In this document: positions 45,934-57,955 of the stretch, one piece after another
Layout of the letters: each line of letters opens with the position of its first letter
Position numbering within the stretch: position 1 is the stretch's first letter
Source: Hyaloraphidium curvatum SAG 235-1
Lineage: Eukaryota > Fungi > Monoblepharomycota
Reading direction: 5' to 3'
Assembly: GCA_025558095.1 (NCBI GenBank)
Contig: JAIVFI010000016.1
Span: forward strand, 1 to 64,000
DNA: 64,000 nucleotides
The notes under the pieces: model-generated
Told to the model about the DNA's origin: nothing
The model's input: the letters and a program-made list of their open reading frames with translations, nothing else
Database searches by the model: none
Position numbers and translations under genes: made by a program

Positions 45934-47558
45934 TCACGTGTAGCACAGGTTGTCCACCGTCAGCCACAGCCCCGCGCTCCTCAGCACGGACCACAGCCCG
46001 GCCCCGACGGTCACCGCCGTGACCACCGTCGCCCGCATGGTCCCCTGGCTGATCTTGCTCCCGGCGAACTGCGCCCTGTTGCGTTCGGCCGTCGCCGCGA
46101 ACAGCGCGAGCTGCGCGTCGTGCGCCTCGAGCTCGGCCACCGCGGAGGGCGGGGCCAGGCGGGCGCGGGAAGCCAGCATCCGGCGGAGGCGGATCCGCGC
46201 GCCGACGTAGAGGTCCGCGAACCCGTCGATCTGCGAGTTGGCCACGGTCAGGTTGACGAGCACCATGCTCAGCTGCGCGAGCAGGTAGCACATGGCCAGC
46301 GGCACGAACAGCGGCACGCAGGAGCCGCCCGCGGCGGCAAAGATGGCGACGAACACCACCCCCACGAACAGGGCACCGAGGCGGGTCATCGAGTAGCCGA
46401 CGCCCGAGGCGCGCCGCTTCCAGCCCTCGGCGAGGCGGTCGTGCATCTCGGCGTAGGCCTCGGGGGGGCGCGGGGCGTCGACCTCCACGGCGGTGTGGGG
46501 CTTGGGGTCCCCCTCGGCGGCGTGGAGGAGGGCGGGAGGATCGTGGCGGGTGCCGTCCGCCGGCGCCTCGGCGGGATGCTGCGGGATCCGCCGGCGGTCC
46601 ATCTCCGCCTCCATCCGCACCAGAAGGTCGTCCAGCGCGAGCTTCATCGCGCGCCTCTGCACCCGCTTCGTGATCCGCAGCAGCGGCACGCTCTGGCCCA
46701 TCAGGCCGAGGAGGAACGGGCCGTAGCCGAGCACCATCGCGGGGACGGTGATGGCGCCCAGGAGCGCGGTCCACCAGGTGGTCCAGAAGAGGGGGGCAAA
46801 GGTGACGAATACGGTGTAGTCCTGGAGGAAGCAGCAGGCGGAGAAGAGGACGAACTTGAACACGTTCTCGCCCCTGCATCCCGAAGGCGGGATATGGGAG
46901 GTCAGCGGCGGCCCATCCTGCGGAACCGGGGACGATCGGCCCACCAGTACGCCCAGGCGATGCTCCGCCCCGAGTTGCCCAGGCACCCAGCGGCGGGGCA
47001 CGGGCACTCGGGGTCCCCCGGCGCGTGCGCGATGATCGGGCTGCCGGGCTCCGACGCGACGAGCTGCAGCCACCGTGCGTACACGGCCACCGGCTGCGCG
47101 GCGTAGCTTTTTGTCCAGAAGGGGTTGCCGGCCTCGATCGACGGCGCCAGGGCGTCGAAGGCCTGCAGGCCCCACGTGCACGCCAGCATCGACACCGTCC
47201 CCGCGAGGTTGAAGCCGGCCATGGACCGGTGGAAGGTCTTGCCGCCGACGACGACCTCGGGCCCGGGGATGAAGTAGAACAGGCACGCGTTGACGGCCGA
47301 CTGCATGGTGTAGGGCAGCGTGGTGTACGAGGCCAGGATGCGGTGGTACTTGTGCGGCAGCATCACGACGGGGTAGAAGCGCACGCAGGCGCGCAGGGCG
47401 GCGGCGTCGTTGCCCAGCAGGCGCAGCAGGTCGTCGAGCGGCAGCGGCAGCGGCGGCAGCGTGGCGCCCTCGCGGACCCGCACCATCGGGAGGGACGGCG
47501 GCAGCGTGGGGAACAGGGCCGCCCACTCCTTCAGCGACACGGTGAAGGCCGCCGTCAT
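45934..47558 (-). CDS. Multi-pass membrane protein, possibly gustatory-receptor-like/7TM ion channel fold; 1 intron
   Basis: Several TM helices, a long loop, and C-terminal FAGSKISQGTMRATVVTAVTV. The family call is inference. Confidence 0.65.
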
Positions 47559-47731
47559 CGTGCGGGGGCCGCGGCGCAAGGGGGGGCGGCCGGGCGATAA
47601 GAATGAGCGTCGAACGTTCTTTGGGGGACAGCCAGGCTAGCCGCAGCCGCGGTGGGACCGGGAAAAAGGAAGCTTCCCCTCCCGTGACCCGAGCCAAACA
47701 GACTCCAGCCGATCAGAGCCGCGGCCCGAGA

Positions 47732-48679
47732 ATGCCATCCGACATGGAATCCCTTGCCGAGCCGCCCGAGCCGGCCCCGGCGGCCCTCAAGGAGCTGTTT
47801 GCCACCTCGACGCCGCGGGCCACCACGGTCGACGGGGTCGCGTCGCACTGGCGCACGTGGGAGCCGCTTGCCGCGGGAAAAGACCTCGCACCGGTCCTCC
47901 TGGTGCACGGCGGGCCGGGCTCGCTGGCGCAGTGGATGTCGACGGTGCCCGCCCTCCGCGCCTCGGGCCGGCGCATTTATGCCGTGGACATGTTAGGAAG
48001 CGGGGCGTCGGATACTCCTCCGCCCAATCCTGACGGGCATCTCCCCGCACGGCACATTGCCGAAGGCCTGCGGCAGCTCGGCGTCGCCGGCCGCGTGGAC
48101 GTGGTCGCCTTCTCGGGCGGCGGCCTCGTCGCCCCCCTCATGCTCGAAACCCACGCCTCGGACCCCGTCATCCGCCGCCTGGTGGTCGTCGGCACCCCGA
48201 TCTCCTCGTCGCGGTCCACCCGCGGCCCGCGCCCCAAGTTCGTCAACTGGCGCGCAAAGGGCATCACGCCCGCCGCGCGCAAGGCCGCGCACGCGCACAA
48301 CGTCGCGAGCCTGATGATCGCCGACCCCGCGCGGGCCGACGAGACCGCGGCGTACATCTACGGCTGGGACCTCGAGCGGGATCGGTTCCGCCGGGACGAG
48401 CGGTTCCTCGCCGACCTGGCCCGCCGCTCGCGCAAGGCTATGGCGGCCCACCCGATCCGCAAGGACGCAATCTACGGCACCGAGGACCGCATAGCGGGGG
48501 ACGTCGAGGGCGTGTGGAAGGCGCTGGATACGTTCGAGGGGGTGGTGCGGAGGGTGAGGATGGAGGGCGCGGGGCACTGGGTGATGCAGGAGAGGCCGGA
48601 CGAGTTCAACGCCTTGCTGCTCGCGATCCTGGACGAGCCGGCAGAGGTACCCGTCTCTGCCGACAAGGCCAAGCTCTGA
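47732..48679 (+). CDS. Alpha/beta hydrolase with PTS1-like AKL, intronless
   Basis: LLVHGGPGS, DMLGSGASD, AFSGGG, YGTED and GAGHWVMQERPDEFN. Confidence 0.9.
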   Translation: MPSDMESLAEPPEPAPAALKELFATSTPRATTVDGVASHWRTWEPLAAGKDLAPVLLVHGGPGSLAQWMSTVPALRASGRRIYAVDMLGSGASDTPPPNPDGHLPARHIAEGLRQLGVAGRVDVVAFSGGGLVAPLMLETHASDPVIRRLVVVGTPISSSRSTRGPRPKFVNWRAKGITPAARKAAHAHNVASLMIADPARADETAAYIYGWDLERDRFRRDERFLADLARRSRKAMAAHPIRKDAIYGTEDRIAGDVEGVWKALDTFEGVVRRVRMEGAGHWVMQERPDEFNALLLAILDEPAEVPVSADKAKL

Positions 48680-48796
48680 GGGAGCTCGCCCGATGGAATA
48701 GACGCCGGATCGTATCGGAAGAGGTTCGATTCCATGGCAGAGATAGTCGTACATGTCCAGCACCGTAGCCCAAGAAGCTTATTTGCCGGCGGCTGC

Positions 48797-51274
48797 TCAC
48801 ACGTACGCATCTGCGAAAGGAACGTGGGCGTCAGCAGGCACCCGGAAACGCAGCCCGCAAGGCAACCCACAGTGCGGATCGTACATGTGGCCCCGGATGT
48901 ACTTCAGCAGCCCGGCCTTGTCCCCCGCCCTGACCATCCCCACCACCTCCTCGTTCTCCGCGTGCCCCTCGTTCACCGCCGCCTCGGCGATGTCCGCCGC
49001 CAGCTTCAGCGAGATCTCGCGGATGCGCGCCAGGCGGGGGTAGATGAGGCCCTCGGCGATCTCGCCCGGCGTGAGCGAGTCGGCGAGCGACGCGGCGGAC
49101 TGGTAGATCATGGTGTCGGATATGATCCGGGAGCGGGAGATGGATGCGCCCAGGCCGAGGCCGGGGAAGATGTACTGGGGGCGCCGCCGTCCGTCAGCGC
49201 GGCGATCGGATCCGGGGCCCGGCCCCGCGGCGGCTTACCATGTTGTTGCCCTGCCCCGGGCGGGACTTTTTCCCCGTCTGCGGGTCCGTGTACGGCGGGA
49301 ACGCCGTCCCGCTGGCAAAGAGCACCCTCCCCTCCGTCTCCCTCATGGCCGTCTCGAACGTGCACTCGGCGTTCTTGAGCGGGTTCGACAGTGGCATGAT
49401 GATCGGGCGCTCGTTGATGCCCGCCATCTTGCGGATGATGTCGGGGGTGAAGACGCCGCCCTGCGTCGACAGGCCGATCAGCGCCGTGGGGCGCACGTAG
49501 TCGATCACGGATTGGATGGTGGGGAGCTGCAGGCCGTCGTTGTCGCGGCGGGCAAAGACGAGCTTGTGCTCCGCGAGGGTGTCGCCGCGGTCCATCGTCA
49601 CCAGGCCTGAACGTTGCGGAGTGAGCGATGGGCGATCCGCAGCCCCGGGAGGCCGACGCACCCTTGGAGTCCATGAGCCAGAACCGCGCGTTGGCCTCCT
49701 CCTCGCTAAGCCCGCCCGCGCGCATCAGGTGGTCCCGCAGCTGGATCGCCACGCCCACGCCGGCCGACCCGGCCCCGTAAAAGAGCAGGCGCTGCTGGCC
49801 CACGGGTACGCCCGAGAGCTTGACGGCGTTGATGAAGCCAGAGAGGATGACGGCGCCGGTGCCCTGATGCCGTCCGTTGAGCCGAGAACAGGAGGGGGAG
49901 GATGTAGTGGGGACTCACCTGAATGTCGTCGTTGAAGGTCCGGTACTCGTTCCGGTACCGCTCCAGCGTCCCGAACGCGTGCGCCGCCGAAAAGTCCTCA
50001 AACTGGATCATGATGTTTGGCCACCGTTCCCTCAGCGCCGACATGACCTCGTCCACGAAATCGTAGAACACCTCGTCCGTCGGCCGCGGTCGCCGCGTGC
50101 CCAGGTACACCGGGTCGTTCACGATGGCGGGGGTGTTGCACCCGAGGTCGAGGGTGAGGGGGAGAGCGCGGTGCGGGTGGAAGCCGGCGGCGGCGATGTA
50201 GAGCGACAGCTTGCCGATGGGGATTCCTGGTCCGGAGGCGGAATCAGCGTGGACAGGGCGGCACCGGCGGCCGGGGAAGCCCACCCATGCCGTTGACGCC
50301 CAGGTCGCCCAGCCCGAGGATCCGCGAGCCGTCCGTGACGACGCTGATGTCCACCTCCTCGTACGGCCAGTTTTTGAGCACCTCGCGGACCTTGCCCCTG
50401 TCGTCCAGGCTGAGGTACAGCCCGTCGACGATGCCCGAGTTGTAGATGTGCGAGAACTTGATGCAGGCCTCGCCGACGGTGGGGGTGTAGATGATGGGGC
50501 AGATCTCGTCCATGTGGTCGATCACGGCGCGGTAAAAGAGCTGGATGTTGGAGTTTTTGAGGGTGCGGAGGTAGAGGTAGCGCTCGAGGTCGGTCGAGCG
50601 GGAGCGGAACTGGTGCATGATGCGGATCATCTGGGTGGAGAGGGTCTCGACGCCGGGGGGGATAAGGCCTGGAAAGACGTGAGCAAAAGAGGCCGGGCAA
50701 AGAGGTGTTGTCGTCTCACCCTTGATTCCGAGCACTTCGCGAATCTTCATGGGGAACCCGACGCCTGGAGGGATGGCAGGGGTCAGCCTGCCGTCTTCCG
50801 TTGCGAATCCCGAGCGGCACGCGAGTCCACAGCCGGCAGCATCCCGGGAGAGCTCTCCGCCTCGCGATTATAGCCCGATGATCATGGAATATCCCGGAGC
50901 CTGGGTAGCGTGGCGTTGTGGAGCAGCTGCCCTCTGGGGTGCTCTCCCACGTCCCTTCCGGGCTTCAACGTCCTTCGTTTTGGACCTCCCATGCCACATG
51001 CCAACCCGAGAAAGGCCCAGCACGAACCTTGGTTGACCATTGCCTCCTTCATGACTGACAGGCCTTTCCGGACAGCCACGCCGTCCTTGAACACCTCATC
51101 CTCCGGCCGCGGCCCCTCCGCGGGATCGTGCGGCACCATGTGGCCGTTCTGGGTCGCGGTGGTGGTCGTCTGCAGCCGGCACTGGAGCACCGTTCTCGTC
51201 GCCGGGATGGGGGACGCCACCGAGGGGCGCAGGCGGGCGGCGAGGGCAGGGCAACGCGACAAGGGCGCCGCCAT
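48797..51274 (-). CDS. MAE1: NAD(P)-dependent malic enzyme, mitochondrial presequence, multi-intron
   Basis: PIIYTPTVGEAC, VTDGSRILGLGDLG, GIPIGKL, IQFEDF, FNDDIQ|GT, GAGSAG, LSNP..AEC and GQGNN. Confidence 0.95.
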
Positions 51275-51759
51275 GGGCAGCTCGCGGAATGTCTCGGCGG
51301 GATGCGGGCGGCTATCTCCGCATTTCGGTCGAAAAGGGGGGGGAGTTGCGGTGGGGAAGCTTTGTTTCTGCGCCCGCGAGCCCGATGCCCGGCCCTGAAC
51401 CCACGTGATCCCGGGACCCTCCGAGCATTCGTCGCTTCCCGCCGAAAAGAGAGCCGGCAAGCTCGTGCTGGAGGTCGTCCGCGGAAGATGGAATTGGGTT
51501 CTAGCTCATCCACGTACCAGGGATTGGAAGGCATCGAGCCCCGGCCACGAGATCCAATCGGGACCGGACGGAAGATGCGTCATCGCCTGATCCGTTCCCA
51601 AGTCAGAGTTCTGGAGACAACTGATTGTCCTACCGCCGGTCAACTTTCGATCTCACATGCCACGAGCTCACTCCTGAAGCGCAAGGCAAGAGTCGACAAG
51701 CCGCACTAGGAGCCGGCCCATCGGCCTCAATGTCGATCCGAAAAGTGCCATTGATGGAT

Positions 51760-52205
51760 TCAGCCCGGCCCGCCAACGGCCCTCTGCTTCCGGGGGTCAA
51801 TTGGAAGCAGACAGTTGACATGATAGGTCAAACTCATTATGCCGTGAAAGGTCTCGGTGCCGTCCTGGGTCTGCTCAAGCCCGAAGTGCGTCGTCCGTCG
51901 CCGGTTTCTCGGGGAACCGATCCCTCTCCCCACCCCGTGAGGGAACCGCCGCGGACAAAGGAGCAGTTTGCCCGCATGTTCCCCGCCTTCTACGAGCTCG
52001 TCGGCGGGTACACCCCCATCGGCGCCGTCGCCGACGCTGTAATCCGGTGCATCACGGACGAAAGCATTAGGGGCCAGGCGTTCGTGGTGGCGGGCGAGGA
52101 CGGCGAGTCGGTGCAGTACCCGAGGCCGGGGCACTCGGCAAAGGAGTACGTGAGGGGGAAGGCGAGCAAGCTGTGATGCGCCGGACGGGCGCGGGACGGG
52201 GCGGC
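51760..52205 (+). pseudogene. Inverted partial duplicate of the SDR 3' end (copy of ~44635-44966)
   Basis: 51873-52203 is nearly identical to the reverse complement of 44635-44966, including the probable intron, the SKL stop and the 3' flank. The Rossmann fold is missing. Confidence 0.85.
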
Positions 52206-52445
52206 GGCCGGCTTTCGGTGGCTGTGGGTAGTGTTGTCCAGTGGAAGTTGTTGAATTGGCCGACTTTGCGCGATGGGAGCGGAATGTGGAGGATGAGTCA
52301 GTCACATGATAGCGCCAAGGCGCGCGTCCCGTGGCGCAGTCCGACCGCGCCCCATCCTTGGCCTACATAAGCAGGACACGAACACCGCAACGGGCTTCAA
52401 CAACGAATCAACTGCTATAGTACCAGCGTCTGTGCCGACCCGCGG

Positions 52446-52826
52446 ATGATGGACGCCCACGAAGTCCTCACAATCCTGGCCTTGCTCAGCATGGTCAGCC
52501 TGATCATCCACACGCTCCACACCTACACCGGCAACGAGTTCCTGGTTAACACGTTCGCCAGCTGCGCCTGCGGCGGGCTCCTGGGGCGGCTCCTCTTCGG
52601 ATGGACGCTGGTCGGCACGGTCGTCGGGTTCTTGGTCTCCCCGATGGGCGTGATGCTCGCGTCGCGGGGCGCCGAAATCAACTACGAAGCCGGCAAGGGG
52701 TTCAGCGCGACGCTCGGGAATTTGATCCAGGTCGGGACGCCGTCCACGGCTCCCAAGATTGGGAAATGCATCGCCAAGGAAGAGTCGGACGGGGAGAGGC
52801 GGCGCAGGATCCGCCTCGGATCATGA
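52446..52826 (+). CDS. Small hypothetical membrane protein
   Basis: 126-aa ORF with 2-3 hydrophobic segments and coding-like codon usage. Confidence 0.5.
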   Translation: MMDAHEVLTILALLSMVSLIIHTLHTYTGNEFLVNTFASCACGGLLGRLLFGWTLVGTVVGFLVSPMGVMLASRGAEINYEAGKGFSATLGNLIQVGTPSTAPKIGKCIAKEESDGERRRRIRLGS

Positions 52827-53300
52827 TCTCAACCCGGGTCGTTCCCGGCATCAGTCTGAGAGCGTCTTGGATGGCCGGGGATTAGGGCCCACGTTGGCGG
52901 ATGGGAGTGACCTCCGCGCACGCGGTTGGGTCGACGTGGGAAGCTGACGAGGACAAGAGAACAACAAAAGCTGTAACGCGGGTGGCAATCAGAGTTGATC
53001 ACTTTCTGCTATCAAGCCCGCCAATGATCATCAGTCTCATGCGACAAATGTTGCACTCCGTGTTGTTGGAGTTTTCGTCTTGCGGCGGCCGCGCACTTCA
53101 AGACTGCACCCTCTCTGCCCCACCCGAGCACTTCTCGCCGGCTGTCGGCGGCTTACGTCGTTTTCGTCCGCCTGCTGCTGCCGAGGAGCGGGTCGGAAGC
53201 GGGTCGGAACCCCCGCCGTCGGCGTTCCCCGCCCTCCCATCCCGGGACCAGCGACCCGCGAACCGCACCCCCCGCATTCCCCTTCCGAACACGCCCCGCC

Positions 53301-54847
53301 ATGCTCGCATCTGCGCACGCCGCGTCGTGGAGCACCTGCGCCGTGTGCCTCTCCGAGATCCTGCCCTCCGCGGACCCGGTCTTCCTCGCCGGGAAGAAGG
53401 GCCAATCCATCTGCCGCCATATCTTCTGCCGTGCCTGTGTGGCCCCCATCCAGCAGCGCAAAAGGCGGGCGGACAGGACGTGTCCGACGTGCCGCGCCGA
53501 GTGGGAGGAGGCGAAATCGCTGCAGACGGACCCGGTGAAATAGGTCCTGTACCGGAGCTACCCGGCCGCGTGCCCGTTCGGTTGCGGGGGGAGGGTTGCT
53601 ATCGAGGACCATGAGGTGCACAAGGCCGAGTGCCCCAGGCTGCGGTGCGACCTGTGCGGGGTCGCCGTACCCCCTCCGACGACGATTCAGGTGGGCCGAC
53701 AGCTGACCTTCGTTGCCGCTCGCTCGAGTCCCTCACGATCCAACAGGACCACCAAATCTCGTCGTGCCCCGAATCCCTCGTATCCTGCCCCAACGCCGAC
53801 TGCGGCCTTGAACTGCCCCGCAAGGACTCTCCCGCGCACGCCGCGGAATGCCCCAAGCGGACGGTCGGCTGCAGCTACCCCCTCTGCGACTTTAAGGTGG
53901 GCTTTTTTTGCCTGCAAATGCCCCAGTACGCTGCTGACGACGCGCATAGGGCCCCGCAGACACGCTGCCGGTGCACGTGGAGGGCGCGGTGCAGCAGCAT
54001 TTGCTGCTCGCGCTGAGGACGGTCTCGGAGCTCAAGGGCACGGTCGCGCGGCTCGAGGCGCAATGGAAGGAATGGGAGGAGCCCGCGGCGCAGGATGAGC
54101 CCGCGGTGCACGAGGAGCCCGCGGAGGAGGAAGATCCCGCCGAGGAGGACCGGAGAGAGGGGAGCGGACGAGCCGGAAGGAGCTGGCGAGACCGGGGGCG
54201 GCGACGCAACCGCCTCGGGACGCGCGGCCGCTACCGGCTCCGCTGCGCAAGGCTCAGCGGGCACGACCGGGGCCGGCGAATGCGTGGCGCTCCGGAAGGA
54301 GGTCCAGCTCCTCAGGGCCCGGCTCGCCGCGAGCTCCAGCATCGTCGTTCGAGTGCCGATCGGTTACAAGGGCAGTCTGCCGCCGACTCTCTTCCCTGAC
54401 AACGGCAAGTACGGCGGTGCCGGCCGATATTCGGTTATGGATGGCGACTGCGCCAGGTACTTCTCGCCTCGGTTTAGCTTTGGCGGGTGCGAGTGGGAGC
54501 TCTGCGCCTCCTTTGGCACCGTTTTGGGCGCAACCCTCATCCCCGCCGTCGGGGACGCGGTCGCGGTCAAGTTCGGTGCCGTGCTCATTTCGCGCTTGGG
54601 GAGGACGGGCGACCTGCATACCGTCAGATTCCGCGGGTGCGGGATGGGATATGGTGCCCGCGTCGCTTCAATCGACACCGCCCTGGACCCCGCCAAGGGG
54701 TTCATCCAAAACGAGGCGGATTACTCGTACCTGGCTTTCCGCGTCTTCATTTACGTGCACGACCGGTTGCCGCCTCGGAGCCTTGGGCCAAATCGAGGCG
54801 AGCTCGTACCCGACACGGACCCTGACTGGCCGGATGCACCCTTCTGA
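53301..54847 (+). pseudogene. TRAF-like RING/TRAF-ZnF/MATH paralog with in-frame TAG (53541-53543) and a frameshift near 54150
   Basis: RING CAVC..CRHIFCRAC..CPTC. The TAG aligns with Trp in the paralog. The two intron positions match the paralogs. MATH ends DPDWPDAPF. Confidence 0.75.
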
Positions 54848-55047
54848 CCGGACAACTCCCTCCTGGAGCCTCGGCGGCGCATTTTGCTTTCCCACATGTG
54901 TATTCCGACTCTCCCCCTCCAATGTCATGCTACTTGTACAGACGTTGTATGCAGATGCGACGATGCCCCGATGCAGAGCCACAGCCCCTGACGTAGATCC
55001 CCCACCACTTTCCCTCTATCCCCGTTCCGGGGCCTCTCTCGTGTTCT

Positions 55048-56775
55048 TCACGCGCGGAACCCGTCGTCCCCCTCCCAGACGAACGCCTCGGGCTCGTCCA
55101 CCTCCTCCTCCTCCTCGGCCTTTTCCGCCTGCCTTGCCTCGCCGCGCACGAACGAAGCCAGCTCGGCGCCCCAGTACACCGACTCGCGGGCGGCCGCGGG
55201 CTCGGGCACCGCGAGGTCCGCGGCGCCGAGGTGCGCGGCGATCTCGTGCGAGGTCGGGAGGATGGTGGGCGGGAGGTCGTCGACGACGGCGGTCATGGGC
55301 GTCGCCGTCTTGGGCGTGGCGGCCTCGGCGTCCGAGGAGAAGGACAGGTCCGTGTCGACCTTGGGCAGCTTGCCGCCGGCCTTGGCGGTGATGACCGCGA
55401 ACTGCCCCGGAGCCTGCTCGACGACGATGCCGGCCAGGCGGGCGTTGCGCACCGACTTGGTGGAGCCGACGCGCTGCAGCGTGCGCGACTTGTCGTCCAG
55501 GGCGACGATCTCGATGTCCTTGAAGGCGGCGTCGTCGAGCGCCTTGGAGGGCTTGGTGGGCTCGGCGGGGCCGGCGAGGGTGGACGCAGAGTCCGAGGTC
55601 GAGGCCTTGTCGGCGTCGCCGTCCTTGCCGTCCTTGTCCGACGGCCCGGCGGCGGCGTCGAGGAAGGTCAGGTAGGCGGTGTGCACGGCCTGCTGGCGCT
55701 TGGCCTCGCGGCGGCGGCGGACGAGGAAGAAGGTGGCGAGGAGGGCGGCGAGGAGGACGGCGGCGCCGGCGGCGATGCCGGCGATCAGCCCGACGGGGAC
55801 GCTCGCGGCGGGCGCGGGGGCGGCGGCGGAGGCCGAGAGATCGGTGCCGTAGTCCACGGGGGTATCGGGGGTAAACAGGCCGGGGATGCCGCGCCTGAAG
55901 GTCAGGGGGAAGGTGGAGCTGGATGGACGGGCGCAGCGATCAGCGGTGCATTGGGGGGGTGCATTCCGATGCGACCCACAGGTAGGTGGTGGTGGTGGTG
56001 TTGCCGGGCGAGGTCAGGATGATGTCGGACCACGTCAGGTAGCCGCGGGTCTGGTATAGGACGTATCCTGCGGATGGAGGCACGTGATGGTCAGACACGC
56101 CTCGGTGAAATGGCGGGATGCGATCGGCGCGCCATCCGCCCCGCAGCAACACCCACCGGGCAGCCGGGTGCCGTTGTCGATGGTGAATCCGCCGCATTTC
56201 TCGACGGCCGCGAAGGGAACGGCCATAGTGTGCATGGACACGCAGTTGTCCGACTCGACCTTGACTGCGGCCAGCGTGCACGGGTCCTCGGCGGCGGGCG
56301 CCCTGCGTGCCCTGCGCGAAGCGGCGGGCGAGGCCGAGTTGCCCGACACGGTCGCGGGCCGCGATCCGGCGGCAGCGGGCGTGCTGAGCGCCGAGTTGGG
56401 GCGGGCGGCGGCGGGGCCGCCCTGCTGCGGCACCGGCTCGTCCTGCGCGCCGAGCTTGACGAACACCGCGCGCACGGCGTTGGGCGCCGGCCGCGTCGAC
56501 TTGACGGTGAAGACGAGCCACGGCGCCGTGCCGTCTGTCTCGGCCACCGAGGTCGCCGTCAGGTTCTTCGTGCCGCGGTAGTTGTCGACGATCTCGCTCT
56601 TGAACACCTGCGGCTGGCCCATGTCGTAGAACGACGGGCAGCCGGGCAGCGGCTCGCGCTGCAAATAGTAGTCCGAGTTCCTCTGCCGACGGTGGAGTCG
56701 GGAGGAGTAGGAGGGGATGAGCGGAACCGGCGGCACCGCCAGGGGCATCGCCGCGGGGCGCTCCGAGGCGGACAT
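55048..56775 (-). CDS. Hypothetical single-pass membrane protein, 2 introns (start uncertain)
   Basis: Cys-containing N-terminal region, TM GLIAGIAAGAAVLLAALLATFFLV-RRRR, acidic tail. Confidence 0.65.
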
Positions 56776-57955
56776 GTCGGAGGAGCGGGGGGCGGAGGGG
56801 GGGGTCACGATGGCCGCCGATGCGTGTGGAATGGGATCCGTTGACGGGAGTGGGGGGAGGATGAGCAACGGCTTCGGGGATTTGTGCACCAGCCCCAGTT
56901 GATCGAGGGACGATTCCCCCGAGGCAACAAGGACACCACTCCCACAGACTCCTATTCCCGTTCTACGTCCTCCAAATCACCCAATCGCGTCCGCAAGTAC
57001 CGTCGGCTCAGGCAGCGCCCGGTCTCCTGCCCGACTCGGCCCCGGGGTGGCGTGGGGAGGGCGTGTCCATATGCGGAAGAATTGCCGCCGTAGAGTCCCT
57101 CAACAAGGACAGGCGCCAATCATGCTCTCCCCCGCCTGGGTCGATTCAAATGGGTCGGATGGAGCATCCAAGCATAGCTTAGAAGTAGCTTTCAACACGA
57201 GCCGGCCTCTGGCGCTGCCCCGATCCACCTTGTCCGCCCACCCGCGATCCCCTACTACCCCCACCACGCCAAAACCCTCCGACCCGCCCATCACGCCCCC
57301 CGGATCCTCCTCCGCGCTCCTCCCTGTTCCAATTCTTCGGTGCGCGCCCGCGGGAAAAGCGCCCCTGCCGAACTGCAAGACCCAGCGGACTGTGTAATCC
57401 AACCGTTCCGAACAAGGCGGGCCGGACGGATCACTGCTCGAGCAGGAGAACGGGCACCTGCAGCTCTTGCATCACAAAGATTGGGAAATGCGTCTCGGTG
57501 CGCCGTCGATCGCCCTCTGGCGGTGCGCCCAACGCCCGCGCAGGGGCACCGCGACCGATCCTCGTCCCCGATCCGGCAAGGGCTGCCGGTGCCCGGGAGG
57601 ACACTCCGGCGGATGCTGTTGGCCCGATCGCGGTACCCTCTTTCCGCGGTGCGCCCCGAGGATGCCGGTCGACACGGTTTTGGCGGCGTCGCGGAAATCG
57701 CGGGTCCCCACCAGTCCGTCCCACCAGCCTCAAGCAGATTTGGAGCCGGCCGGAACCGGACTCATTGGCGGGTTCCCGGGGCCGTCCCGATCGACCGCAT
57801 CAAAAGACGTGTCCGCAAGGCCCGCTGCGAGACGTTGTTAGACATAGCTACATTACACTCTGCCTTGCGCGATCCCCCGAACCATCCATCCAACGCCCGA
57901 TCCCCTTCCACCCCGCCGACGCCGCCGCCCATCAGATCTCTATCACAGGCGCCCA

